Assembly: GCA_963718355.1 (NCBI GenBank)
Contig: CAVQZA010000005.1
Coordinates: 122,110-186,109, forward strand
Direction: 5' to 3'
DNA length: 64,000 bases
From: an uncultured Actinomycetes bacterium
GTDB lineage: Bacteria > Actinomycetota > Thermoleophilia > Gaiellales > Gaiellaceae
The translations under genes were made by a program, and so were the position numbers. Position 1 is the first letter of the stretch. Every line of letters begins with the position of its first letter. Of the stretch, positions 36,442 through 44,860 are shown in pieces. The notes beneath the pieces were generated by a model that worked only from the letters and a program-made list of their open reading frames with translations, was not told the origin of the DNA and did no database searches.

Positions 36442-37299
36442 TTATTTCGCTTCCAGAGCCGGATCCCAGCCCGCTGCACGGTACGTGGATTCGAGGAAGT
36501 CGAGGAGTGTGCGGCGCGGGTCGGCGGCAGTGCGAACGGCTTCGTAGGGAAGAACGAACTCGCCGAGGGCGGTGTTCCAGCCGTCGGCGCGAGCCTCGAT
36601 TCCGGGCGGCGCCGGATACGCGTACGAGAAGAACGCGGGCTCGGACAGGCGCTCGTCGCCGGGCCAGAAGCCGGAGCAGGTCTCCTCGGCGTTCGCAGCG
36701 GTGCGCATGATCACGTCGGCGTTCGGCGGCGGGTCTGCGGGCCGGCCCGAGAAGCGCGTGTAGGCCAGGTCGAACGTGCCCCAGAAGAACTGCACCGGCG
36801 AGACGCGGCCGAGGAAGCGCGCACGGTGCTCCTTCATCACGGCGTCCACCGAGGTCAGCGCTCGCCAGAAGCGGTGCGCCGGCTCCGGCTCGTAGCTCGA
36901 GTGCTCGATGTCCTCGGGGAACGGGATCGGGTTCGACACCTCCGAAGGTCGCTCGGTGATCGTCGTCGGCACCCCGGCCCGGTCGAGTGCGGCCATCAGG
37001 AGCGCATAGAAGTCGGCCACGCTGCGCGGCTCGAGGCTGACGCGCTCGAGCGCGCCCGCGACCGTTCGCACCGAGACGGCGTGCTCGGTGAAGTCGACAT
37101 CGATGTCGAAGACGCCATTCGGATGCGGGATCGGCGAGGTGTTCAGCCCGCGCGCGGTGACGTAGAGCGGCACCTGGCCCCACTGCGGCTCCATCGGCGC
37201 CAGGGCGAGACGCACCTTGCCGATGATCTGGAGATACATGTGCAGCGTCTCGCGGGTGTCCCGCCACGCCTCGTACGGGAGCTCGGGCCAATCGCTCAC
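36442..37299 (-). CDS. DUF5996-like conserved hypothetical protein
   Basis: WPELPYEAWRDTRETLHMYLQIIGKVRLALAP...QWGQVPLYVTARGL. GTG start 37299 overlaps (GTGA) the upstream stop. Confidence 0.55.
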   Translation of the reverse strand: MSDWPELPYEAWRDTRETLHMYLQIIGKVRLALAPMEPQWGQVPLYVTARGLNTSPIPHPNGVFDIDVDFTEHAVSVRTVAGALERVSLEPRSVADFYALLMAALDRAGVPTTITERPSEVSNPIPFPEDIEHSSYEPEPAHRFWRALTSVDAVMKEHRARFLGRVSPVQFFWGTFDLAYTRFSGRPADPPPNADVIMRTAANAEETCSGFWPGDERLSEPAFFSYAYPAPPGIEARADGWNTALGEFVLPYEAVRTAADPRRTLLDFLESTYRAAGWDPALEAK

Positions 37300-37556
37300 A
37301 GGAACTCTTCGTCGACGTAGCACCACCGCCAGTCCTCGCCCGGCTCGGCGGAGCGGATCAGCGGGTGCCCGGTCTCGTGGAAGTGCGCGGTCGCGTGCTT
37401 GTGCGGCGAGTTGTCGCAGCAGCCGACCTTGCCGCACTCCATGCACATGCGGAGGTGGACCCACCAGGCGCCCGGGATCTTCAGGCACTCCTCGCAGCCG
37501 AGCAGCGGGTCGGGCAGGTCGGTGAACTTGACGGTATCGAGGTGGGTGCAGGCCAT
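37296..37556 (-). CDS. UBP-type zinc-finger protein (86 aa)
   Basis: CEECLKIPGAWWVHLRMCMECGKVGCCDNSPHKHATAHFHETGHPL...WRWCYVDE. ATGA overlap with the upstream gene. Confidence 0.75.
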   Translation of the reverse strand: MACTHLDTVKFTDLPDPLLGCEECLKIPGAWWVHLRMCMECGKVGCCDNSPHKHATAHFHETGHPLIRSAEPGEDWRWCYVDEEFL

Positions 37557-38545
37557 CAGCTCTCTCCGATCCGGTAGATCCTGCCAGTCTGCCAGTCGCC
37601 GACGAGGACGGCGCCGTCCGGGGCGACGAGCAGCGGCAGCGGATTCTTCAGCCCCGTGAGGTACGGCTCGACACTGCCCTTCGGCAGGGCGAGGCGCTGC
37701 ACCTTGCCGAACTGCCATTCGCTGACGAGCGCGGCGCCGTCGAGGATGGCAACTCCTCCCGCCGCGGCATGCGGGTCGAGGACGGCGACCGGTGTCGGAA
37801 AGAGCTTGCACTGGCCGTAGCAGGCGGGGAAGCCCCAGTTCTGGCCCTTGCGGACGAGCGCGAGCCAGTCGCCGGGCGTCTTCGCGCCGAGGTCGTCGCG
37901 CTGGTTCATGGTCGCGTAGAGGTCACTCGTGCCCGGGTAGAACGCGAGCCCGTACGCGGCGCGGATCCGGCTAGCGAAGACCTGAAGGCCGCTGCCGTCG
38001 GGCCGGAACGTGACGATCGAGGCCGACCACCTCGAGGCGGGAACGCAGTGGTCGCGGGAGGCCGAGACGCCCATCACGAGGCGGCCGTTCGGAGCCTGGA
38101 TCACGTTGTTGTTCTCTCCGCCGGCCACCGGCCCGTTCACCATCGTCTCGCGCCGCGTGAAGTGCGTGGCGACGAGCCCGCCGAAGGCGGTGACCTTGCC
38201 CAGCGAGCTGACGATCAGCGTCGAGCCGACCCAGACGAGGCCGAGCGGGCCGCGAATCGATGCGACGCGCACGGGCTTTGCCCCCGGCGCCGAGACGAGG
38301 AAGACCCCGTCGGTGCCGTGCGTCGTCGCGCCCGACGTGGTCACCCACAGGCGGCCGCGTGCGTCGAAGGCAAAGGCCGACTGCAGCGGCAGCCCGCTCG
38401 CGTAGAGAGTCGCTTTCGTCCCCGGCGGGCCCTGGAGCCCCTCGCCGATCGACACCAACTTGGTGCTCTTGCCGCCGCAGGCAGCGAGGCACAAGACGGC
38501 CAGTGCGACTGACAGGCTCTTAACGAACTCTTCGCTGCGTCTCAC
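37556..38545 (-). CDS. Lipoprotein with a beta-propeller, PQQ-dependent sugar (sorbosone/glucose) dehydrogenase-like
   Basis: Lipobox LCLAACGG, repeated propeller blades, and C-terminal GLKNPLPLLVAPDGAVLVGDWQTGRIYRI. Confidence 0.65.
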   Translation of the reverse strand: MRRSEEFVKSLSVALAVLCLAACGGKSTKLVSIGEGLQGPPGTKATLYASGLPLQSAFAFDARGRLWVTTSGATTHGTDGVFLVSAPGAKPVRVASIRGPLGLVWVGSTLIVSSLGKVTAFGGLVATHFTRRETMVNGPVAGGENNNVIQAPNGRLVMGVSASRDHCVPASRWSASIVTFRPDGSGLQVFASRIRAAYGLAFYPGTSDLYATMNQRDDLGAKTPGDWLALVRKGQNWGFPACYGQCKLFPTPVAVLDPHAAAGGVAILDGAALVSEWQFGKVQRLALPKGSVEPYLTGLKNPLPLLVAPDGAVLVGDWQTGRIYRIGES

Positions 38546-38613
38546 GGCATTCCCAGGCAGCGGCTGTCTACTGAGGGCAGTCGAATCAACGAGGAAAGGA
38601 GGTTAGTCAGAAG

Positions 38614-38805
38614 ATGCCCAATCGTGTACGCAATCTGCTCGTCGCTCTCGCCGCGACCGGTGTGATCGCCGGCGGCGGGGCCGCAATCGCCAACGCGGCC
38701 TCCAGTTCGACGTCGACCACGACCACGACGCCCGCAGCGACGACCACGACCCCGACCGCCCCGGCGGCGGGATCCGGGACGCACGTCAACTGTCCCAACA
38801 TGTGA
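38614..38805 (+). CDS. Small secreted peptide (63 aa): Sec signal, Ser/Thr/Pro-rich linker and C-terminal GTHVNCPNM
   Basis: GGAAAGGAGG lies upstream. Signal LLVALAATGVIAGGGAAIANA-AS. GC3-rich codons. Followed by a strong hairpin. Confidence 0.5.
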   Translation: MPNRVRNLLVALAATGVIAGGGAAIANAASSSTSTTTTTPAATTTTPTAPAAGSGTHVNCPNM

Positions 38806-38819
38806 TCTCCCGCAGCTAC

Positions 38820-38856
38820 GGGTCGCGGCTCCCTCCACGAGCGGGAGTCGCGGCCC
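38820..38856 (+). terminator. 14-bp stem hairpin (two G-U pairs, 9-nt loop) just downstream of the small peptide gene; possible terminator or attenuator
   Basis: GGGTCGCGGCTCCC-tccacgagc-GGGAGTCGCGGCCC read directly. No U-tract. Confidence 0.4.
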
Positions 38857-38911
38857 GTTGCACTGAATCGGGGGTCGAGCGATCGGGCCCGTCGGCCGAC
38901 AATCGGGATGC

Positions 38912-39787
38912 GTGTTGCGGCGAGCTCTTCTCCTGACGGCCTGCGTCCTCGTGCCCCTGGGCGGCGTCGCGGCGTACGCGGCGGGCTCGAAATCGCTGCC
39001 GCTCGGTGACGGCAAGATCTCGGCCGGGCCGAAGGTCGGTTACATCTACAGCTGCGGAATCGGCGGTGGCGGTGGCGGCGCGTTCACCGACGGGCCATGG
39101 ATCCACGGCAACACGTGGGATCCGAGCCAGAAGACCAGCGTCCAAGGCGCGGTCTCCTGGCCGGCGCACAAGCTCACGATCACCGCGGCCGGCGGCGTGA
39201 TCCACATCACGACGAACGATCTGCCCTCGCATCCGACCGGCGTCTTCCCGATCGCGCAGCGCGATCCGGCCTTCCAGTACGACCGAAACCCGAACTCGAT
39301 CCGAGCCCAGGTCTTCGACGTGAAGCTGCCGCTGAGCCCGAAGCCCGCCGCGAGCGCCTCGTGCCTGCCGGGCGGGCCGATCGGGGTGCTGCTGAGCGGC
39401 GCCTACCTCTTCGACGGGCTGGATGCGCTCGGCCGCGACGCCGTCGCGCACGAGGTGCAGGACCGCTGCAGCGGCCATCCGCAGCCGCAGGGCGCCTACC
39501 ACTACCACGACGTCAGCCCGTGCATCTATTCGGGCCCGCCGGGCCAGCACTCCTCGCTCGTCGGCTATGCGCTCGACGGGTATCCGATCTACGGGCCGCT
39601 CGGTGACGGCGGCAGGGTGCTGACCAACGCCGATCTCGATGCGTGCCACGGGACGACCTGGCCGGTGATCCTGCGCGGGAAGAAGGTAACGATCTACCAC
39701 TACGTCGCGACAGCCGAGTACCCGTATGTGCTCGGCTGCTTCCACGGCAGGCCGGTCCACGCGGGCGGCGCCGTCGGCGGCCCCTAG
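38912..39787 (+). CDS. YHYH-domain secreted protein
   Basis: Signal peptide LLLTACVLVPLGGVAAYA, plus GAYHYHD and TIYHYVATAEYPYVLGCFHG motifs. Confidence 0.7.
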   Translation: MLRRALLLTACVLVPLGGVAAYAAGSKSLPLGDGKISAGPKVGYIYSCGIGGGGGGAFTDGPWIHGNTWDPSQKTSVQGAVSWPAHKLTITAAGGVIHITTNDLPSHPTGVFPIAQRDPAFQYDRNPNSIRAQVFDVKLPLSPKPAASASCLPGGPIGVLLSGAYLFDGLDALGRDAVAHEVQDRCSGHPQPQGAYHYHDVSPCIYSGPPGQHSSLVGYALDGYPIYGPLGDGGRVLTNADLDACHGTTWPVILRGKKVTIYHYVATAEYPYVLGCFHGRPVHAGGAVGGP

Positions 39788-39804
39788 CCGTTTACGATCC
39801 GCTC

Positions 39805-40671
39805 GTGGTCACGATCTGCGATGTCGGTCCGCGGGACGGTCTTCAGAACCTGCCCGAGACGTACGCGCCGGCGGTTCGCGCCGAGCTCTGTAACCGGCTC
39901 GCCGAGGCCGGTCTGCCTCGCGTCGAGGCGGTCAGCTTTGTCAGCGACGAGCGCGTGCCGCAGATGGCGGGCGCGGAGGAGGTCGTTGCTGCTCTCGAGC
40001 CCGGCACGACGGCCTTCGCGGGCCTCGTCCTCAACGAACGCGGCTACGAGCGGCTGGTCGCCGCGGGGTTGGGCGAGGCCCATCTCACCCTTGCCGTCTC
40101 GGAGAGCTTCAGCCGGGAGAACGCGAACGCGTCGGTTGAGGAGGCGGCGTCGGCGGCCGAGCGCACTTTCGCGCGCGCACGCGAGGACGGGGTTCGCGCC
40201 ACGGTCACCCTGAGCACGGCGTTCGGCTGTCCGTTCGAGGGGCCGGTCGAGCCCGCCTGCGTGCTCGCGCTGGCCGAGCGTCTCGCCGCGGCGGGCGCGG
40301 CCGAGATCGTCTACGCGGACACGATCGGCGTCGCGGTGCCGCGCCAGGTCAAGGAGCTCCTCGCGGCCGACGTCGGCGTTCCCGTCGGCGTCCACTTCCA
40401 CAACACGCGCAATACGGGCTTCGCGAACGCCTACGCGGCGCTCGAGGCGGGCGCGACCAGCTTCGACGCGTCGGTCGGCGGCATCGGCGGCTGCCCGTTC
40501 GCTCCACGCGCGACCGGCAACATCGCGACCGAGGATCTCGTCTACCTGCTCCACGGCGAGGGGACCGAGACGGGCATCGACCTCGACGCGCTGATCGGCG
40601 TCGCGGAGTGGCTCGAATCGGTGCTCGGCAGGCCGCTGGAAGGCCAGCTCTACCGGGCCGGACTTCCCTAA
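39805..40671 (+). CDS. Hydroxymethylglutaryl-CoA lyase family (HMGL-like) enzyme
   Basis: ICDVGPRDGLQN, SFVS, ADTIGVA and HFHNTRNTGFANAYAALEAG motifs. GTG start 39805. Confidence 0.85.
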   Translation: MVTICDVGPRDGLQNLPETYAPAVRAELCNRLAEAGLPRVEAVSFVSDERVPQMAGAEEVVAALEPGTTAFAGLVLNERGYERLVAAGLGEAHLTLAVSESFSRENANASVEEAASAAERTFARAREDGVRATVTLSTAFGCPFEGPVEPACVLALAERLAAAGAAEIVYADTIGVAVPRQVKELLAADVGVPVGVHFHNTRNTGFANAYAALEAGATSFDASVGGIGGCPFAPRATGNIATEDLVYLLHGEGTETGIDLDALIGVAEWLESVLGRPLEGQLYRAGLP

Positions 40672-40681
40672 GGAAAGTCAC

Positions 40682-40710
40682 TTTACTTTTTATACCTTTG
40701 TCGGTAGGGT
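40682..40710 (+). promoter_or_regulatory. Candidate promoter (TTTACT-17 nt-TAGGGT) in an AT-rich spacer; -10 ends 9 nt before the sulfite reductase ATG, so the mRNA may be leaderless
   Basis: This is the only AT-rich stretch in the area, and no Shine-Dalgarno sequence precedes ATG 40720. Confidence 0.35.
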
Positions 40711-40719
40711 CGCGAGTCC

Positions 40720-42357
40720 ATGGCCAGAGCAGCCAGAGCGTCACGCGCCCCCGAAACGCTCGACTGGGAGCTTGTCTACAAGCGCAATCCCGTCGAGCGG
40801 TTGAAGCGCGACAAGAGCCCGCTCGGCATCCTCGGCGAGCTGCCGGCGCTGATCGCGGCGGGCTACGACGCGATGCCCGAAGAGGACATGGTGCGACTGA
40901 AGTGGTGGGGCCTCTACCACGACAAGCCGAAGATCGGGACCTTCATGCTGCGGCTCAAGCTGCCGGGCGGCCGCGTCACCCCGGCGCAGCTGCGCACGAT
41001 CGGCGAGGTCTCGAACCGCTGGGGCCGCGGCGAGGGTGAGCTCTCGACTCGGCAGAACGTCCAGCTCCACTACCTCGAGCTCGCGGCGCTGCCGGACGTC
41101 TTCGCGACGCTCGAAGCGGCCGGGCTGACGACGGCAGGCGCGTGCGGCGACGCCGTGCGCAACATCACGGGCTGCCCGCTCACCGGCCTCGCGCACGACG
41201 AGCTGTTCGACACGACGCCGCTGCTCGAGGAGGCCGCCGATTTCTTCTACGGAAACCCGGACTACTCGGACCTGCCGCGCAAGCACAAGATCACGATCTC
41301 GGCGTGCGCGCATCGCTGCAACGCGCCCGAGATCAACTGCATCGCGCTGATCGGCGTGCTGCGCGACGGCGAGCCAGGCTTCGCGGTCACCGCGGGCGGC
41401 GGACTCGCGTCGGTGCCGCGCCTCGCACGCGACCTCGGCGTGTTCATCCGGCCCGACGAGGCGATGCCCGTGCTCCGCGCGCTGCTCGACGCGTGGAAGG
41501 AAGACCTCACCTACCGCGTCTCGCGCGTGAAGTCGCGCATGAAGTTCATGGTCGACGACTACGGCGCCGACGGCATGCGCGCCGAGCTCGAGCGCCGCCT
41601 CGGCTACAAGCTGCCCGACTACACGCTCGACCCGCCGGGCCCCGTCGCAGACCATCTCGGCATCCAGGCCCAGCGCGACGGCCGCTCCACGATCGGCGCA
41701 CCCGTCCACCTCGGCCTGATCACGGGCGACCAGATGATCGGGATCGCCGAGCTCGCCGAAGCCCACGGCGGCGACGTCGCGATCACGCGCCAGCAGAACT
41801 TCGTCGTCACCGGGATTCCGCAGGAGAGCGTCGAGGAGAGCGTCGCCACGCTCGCCGAGCTCGGCTTCCCGCTCGACGTGAACTCGATCCGGGGCTCCTC
41901 GATCGCCTGCACCGGCGAGCCACATTGCAACTTCTCGGTCACCGAGACGAAGACGCGGCTCGGCTCGTTGATCGAAGGGCTCGAGACCAAGTTCGGCGAC
42001 GGGGTCGCCGGCCTGCGCTTGCACCTCGACGGCTGCCCGCACGCCTGCGCGCAGCACTGGGTCGGCGACCTGGGCTTCCAGGGCACGACCGTGCGCGACG
42101 AAGAGGGCAAGCGCAGGCAGGCCTACGACATCTTCCTGCGCGGCGGCCTCGGCCCCGACGCGGCGATCGCGCGGCCGGTGTTCCGCCGCGTTCCGAGCGG
42201 GGAGCTCGACGAGGCGGTCGCCGGGCTCGTCGGCGGCTGGATCGCGCAGCGGAAGGCGGATGAGCAGTTCGCCTCATTCACACACCGCTTGTCCGACCTT
42301 GACCTGGGAGCCCTGGCTGGCCGGGAGCCCGCCAAAGCGAAAGAGGAGGTTGCATGA
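40720..42357 (+). CDS. sirA: Ferredoxin-dependent sulfite (nitrite/sulfite) reductase hemoprotein
   Basis: Duplicated NIR_SIR ferredoxin-like and 4Fe-4S/siroheme domains. Cys cluster CTGEPHCNF...GCPHACA. Confidence 0.9.
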   Translation: MARAARASRAPETLDWELVYKRNPVERLKRDKSPLGILGELPALIAAGYDAMPEEDMVRLKWWGLYHDKPKIGTFMLRLKLPGGRVTPAQLRTIGEVSNRWGRGEGELSTRQNVQLHYLELAALPDVFATLEAAGLTTAGACGDAVRNITGCPLTGLAHDELFDTTPLLEEAADFFYGNPDYSDLPRKHKITISACAHRCNAPEINCIALIGVLRDGEPGFAVTAGGGLASVPRLARDLGVFIRPDEAMPVLRALLDAWKEDLTYRVSRVKSRMKFMVDDYGADGMRAELERRLGYKLPDYTLDPPGPVADHLGIQAQRDGRSTIGAPVHLGLITGDQMIGIAELAEAHGGDVAITRQQNFVVTGIPQESVEESVATLAELGFPLDVNSIRGSSIACTGEPHCNFSVTETKTRLGSLIEGLETKFGDGVAGLRLHLDGCPHACAQHWVGDLGFQGTTVRDEEGKRRQAYDIFLRGGLGPDAAIARPVFRRVPSGELDEAVAGLVGGWIAQRKADEQFASFTHRLSDLDLGALAGREPAKAKEEVA

Positions 42358-43145
42358 GCGTCGAGCTCATCGACGAGTTGGAGGCGGGGGAGCTCTCCGT
42401 CGAGTTCGAGGGGCAGGACCCTGAGGAGCTGCTGGAGTGGGCGCTCGAGCGGTTCGCCCCGCGGATCGCGCTCTCGACGGCGTTCCAGATCGACGGCGTC
42501 GCGCTGATCGACATGCTCTACCGGATCGATCCGGAGATCACCGTCTTCTCGGTCGACACCGGCCGCCTTCCCAGCGAGACCTTCGAGCTGATCGAGCAGC
42601 TGCGTGCGCGCTATCCGGGCCTACGGCTCGAGCTCCTGTCGCCGGATGCGGGTCACGTGCAGCGCCTCGTCGGCAAGCACGGCCCGAACCTGTTCAAGAA
42701 CTCGGTCGAGCAGCGCCTCCTCTGCTGCAACATCCGCAAGGTGCAGCCGCTGACGCGCCACCTCGCGGGGCTCGACGCGTGGATCACGGGCCTGCGCCGC
42801 GACCAGTGGGCGAGCCGCACCGACATCCGCAAGATCGAGATCGACCACGACCACGGCGCGATCGTCAAGCTCAACCCGCTCGCCGAGTGGACGGAGGAAG
42901 AGGTCTGGGACTACGTCCGCGAGGAGGGCGTGCCGACCCATCCGCTCTACGCCAAGGGCTACACGTCGATCGGCTGCGCGCCGTGTACGCGCGCCATCGC
43001 GCCGGGCGAGGCCTCGCGCGCGGGACGCTGGTGGTGGGAGACGAACGCGCCGAAGGAGTGCGGGATCCACTGCGCGATCGAGACCGGCGGGATGGAGCAC
43101 GAGCTGCACGCGATTCTCGGAGAGGACTCGGATGACGACGATTAG
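42354..43145 (+). CDS. cysH: Adenylylsulfate (APS) / PAPS reductase with an Fe-S Cys motif
   Basis: CCNIRKVQPL, SIGCAPCT and KECGIH motifs. ATGA overlap with sirA. Confidence 0.9.
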   Translation: MSVELIDELEAGELSVEFEGQDPEELLEWALERFAPRIALSTAFQIDGVALIDMLYRIDPEITVFSVDTGRLPSETFELIEQLRARYPGLRLELLSPDAGHVQRLVGKHGPNLFKNSVEQRLLCCNIRKVQPLTRHLAGLDAWITGLRRDQWASRTDIRKIEIDHDHGAIVKLNPLAEWTEEEVWDYVREEGVPTHPLYAKGYTSIGCAPCTRAIAPGEASRAGRWWWETNAPKECGIHCAIETGGMEHELHAILGEDSDDDD

Positions 43146-43587
43146 CCTCGCCGGCGAGGAGCGTGAGGTCGCGCTCGCGGAGGCGCAGAGCGTGCTCGCG
43201 ATCGCGGGCGATCCGGACTACCGCGACGAGCTCGCGTTCCTGATCGCGGCGATCGAGGACGGCGAGGTGCCGGCCGAGAGCGAGGAGACGCTCGAGCAGC
43301 TCGTCGAGCTCGGGCTTCAGGCCGGCCGCATCCGCGCGCTGTACGGGCCGGGCGGCGAGCAGGCTGCACTTCGCCTCTACCGGAAGCTGCCGCGCGGGTC
43401 CGAGCTCGGCGCCAGCGCGCGCGAGGTGAGCAAGGCGCTGGGCGCGCTCGCCGGCCGCGAGCTCGAGTCGGTCTCGATCCAGGCGCTCGGGCCCGGCGCG
43501 TTCACGCTGGCGCTGGTGGCGGGCGGGACCGAGCTGACGGTGCGCCTCGATCGCCAGGGTGCACGGCTCGCGAGCGTCGGTCTTTGA
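43132..43587 (+). CDS. Conserved hypothetical protein (151 aa) embedded in the sulfur/siroheme operon
   Basis: Overlaps cysH by 14 nt and the next gene by 4 nt. Acidic, helical N-terminal half. Confidence 0.5.
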   Translation: MTTISLAGEEREVALAEAQSVLAIAGDPDYRDELAFLIAAIEDGEVPAESEETLEQLVELGLQAGRIRALYGPGGEQAALRLYRKLPRGSELGASAREVSKALGALAGRELESVSIQALGPGAFTLALVAGGTELTVRLDRQGARLASVGL

Positions 43588-44144
43588 GCAAGGACTGGTA
43601 CATGGCGTGCCTCGACCTCGAGGGCAAGAGCGTCCTCGTCGTCGGCGGCGGCACGGTCGCACTCGAGAAGGTGCACGGGCTGCTCGCGGTCGGGGCAAAG
43701 GTGACCGTCGTCTCGCCGCGGATCGACCCGGAGCTGCGTGAGCTCGCCGTCGAATGGCTGCCGCGCCGGTACCAGCGCGACGATCTCGCAGGCCGCTTCC
43801 TCGTGATCGCGGCGACCTCGGACACCGGCGTGAACACGAGCGTCCACCAGGACGCCGAGCGGCGCTACCTCTTCTGCAACGTCGTCGACGTGCCCGAGCT
43901 CTGCTCGCTGATCCTGCCCGCCGTGCATCGCCAGGGGCCGATCGCGGTCGCCGTCTCCACCGGCGGCGCTTCGCCTGCACTGGCCCAAAGGATCCGGACG
44001 CAGATCGGCGAGGAGATCGGGCCGGAGTACGCGGATCTCGCCCGACAGCTCCAGGAGCTACGGCCGTGGGCGAAGCAGAACCTGCCGACCTACGAGGACC
44101 GGCGCCAGTATTTCGAGCGGCTGGTAGAGGAAGCGCTCGCATGA
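43584..44144 (+). CDS. Precorrin-2 dehydrogenase / sirohydrochlorin ferrochelatase (CysG N-terminal / SirC-like)
   Basis: LEGKSVLVVGGGTVALEKV Rossmann motif and GPIAVAVSTGGASPALAQRIR. Confidence 0.8.
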   Translation: MSKDWYMACLDLEGKSVLVVGGGTVALEKVHGLLAVGAKVTVVSPRIDPELRELAVEWLPRRYQRDDLAGRFLVIAATSDTGVNTSVHQDAERRYLFCNVVDVPELCSLILPAVHRQGPIAVAVSTGGASPALAQRIRTQIGEEIGPEYADLARQLQELRPWAKQNLPTYEDRRQYFERLVEEALA

Positions 44145-44857
44145 CCGTGCGCCTCGTCGGCGCCGGGCCCGGCGACCCGGGGCTGATCACCGCGCGCGGG
44201 CTCGAGCGGATCCGCGCCTGCGATGTGCTCGTCCACGACCGGCTCGTCTCGTCGGAGCTCGTCGCCGAGGCGCCCGACGATGCGCTCGTGATCGACCGCG
44301 ACGCGCTCGACCAGGCGCGCGTGAACGAGCTGCTCGTCGCGTACGGGCGCGAGGGTCTCGACGTCGTACGCCTCAAGGGCGGCGACCCGTTCGTGTTCGG
44401 GCGAGGCGGCGAGGAGGCACTCGCGCTGCTTCGGGCCGGGGTCGAGGTCGAAGTCGTGCCTGGCGTCTCGTCGTTCGCTGCGGTGCCTTCTGCGGCAGGC
44501 ATTCCGATCACCCATCGCGGCGTCGCCTCGCAGGTCACGGTCGTCGCCGGCCACGAAGCCGAGTCGCTCGACTATCCCACGCTCGCCGCGGCACGCGGTA
44601 CCCTCGTGTTCTTCATGGCGCTCGCCCAGCTGCCCCGCATCGCCGGCCGTCTCCTCGAGCACGGCAAGGATCCCGCAACTCCCGCGGCCGTCGTCGCGGA
44701 GGGAACGCTTCCGGGCCAGCAGGTCGTCTACGCGCCGCTGTCAGAGATCGCCGCCGCTGCGGCCGAGCTGCCGTCGCCGGCGCTGATCGTGGTTGGCGAC
44801 GTCGTCTCGCTCGCCGCCGAGCTCGCGGCGCCGGTCTCGCTGCAGGGCGTCGCGTAG
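44141..44857 (+). CDS. cobA: Uroporphyrinogen-III C-methyltransferase
   Basis: VGAGPGDPGLITARG, VVRLKGGDPFVFGRGGEE and VPGVSS motifs. ATGA overlap. Confidence 0.85.
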   Translation: MTVRLVGAGPGDPGLITARGLERIRACDVLVHDRLVSSELVAEAPDDALVIDRDALDQARVNELLVAYGREGLDVVRLKGGDPFVFGRGGEEALALLRAGVEVEVVPGVSSFAAVPSAAGIPITHRGVASQVTVVAGHEAESLDYPTLAAARGTLVFFMALAQLPRIAGRLLEHGKDPATPAAVVAEGTLPGQQVVYAPLSEIAAAAAELPSPALIVVGDVVSLAAELAAPVSLQGVA

Positions 44858-44860
44858 CGG

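Noticed and set aside
34600-37320. 906-aa plus-strand ORF
   Set aside because: It is antisense to the sigma factor, rpmE and DUF5996-like genes, all of which have clear motifs. It is an open-frame artefact of GC-rich DNA.
38690-38765. Repetitive ACG/ACC-rich DNA that might look like a tandem repeat or CRISPR-like periodicity
   Set aside because: It is simply the Thr/Pro-rich low-complexity coding segment of the small secreted peptide. It has no spacer-repeat structure and no cas genes.
42871-44538. 555-aa minus-strand ORF
   Set aside because: It is antisense to the cysH, hypothetical, siroheme and cobA genes. It has a Ser/Arg/Pro/Ala-rich composition and no motifs.
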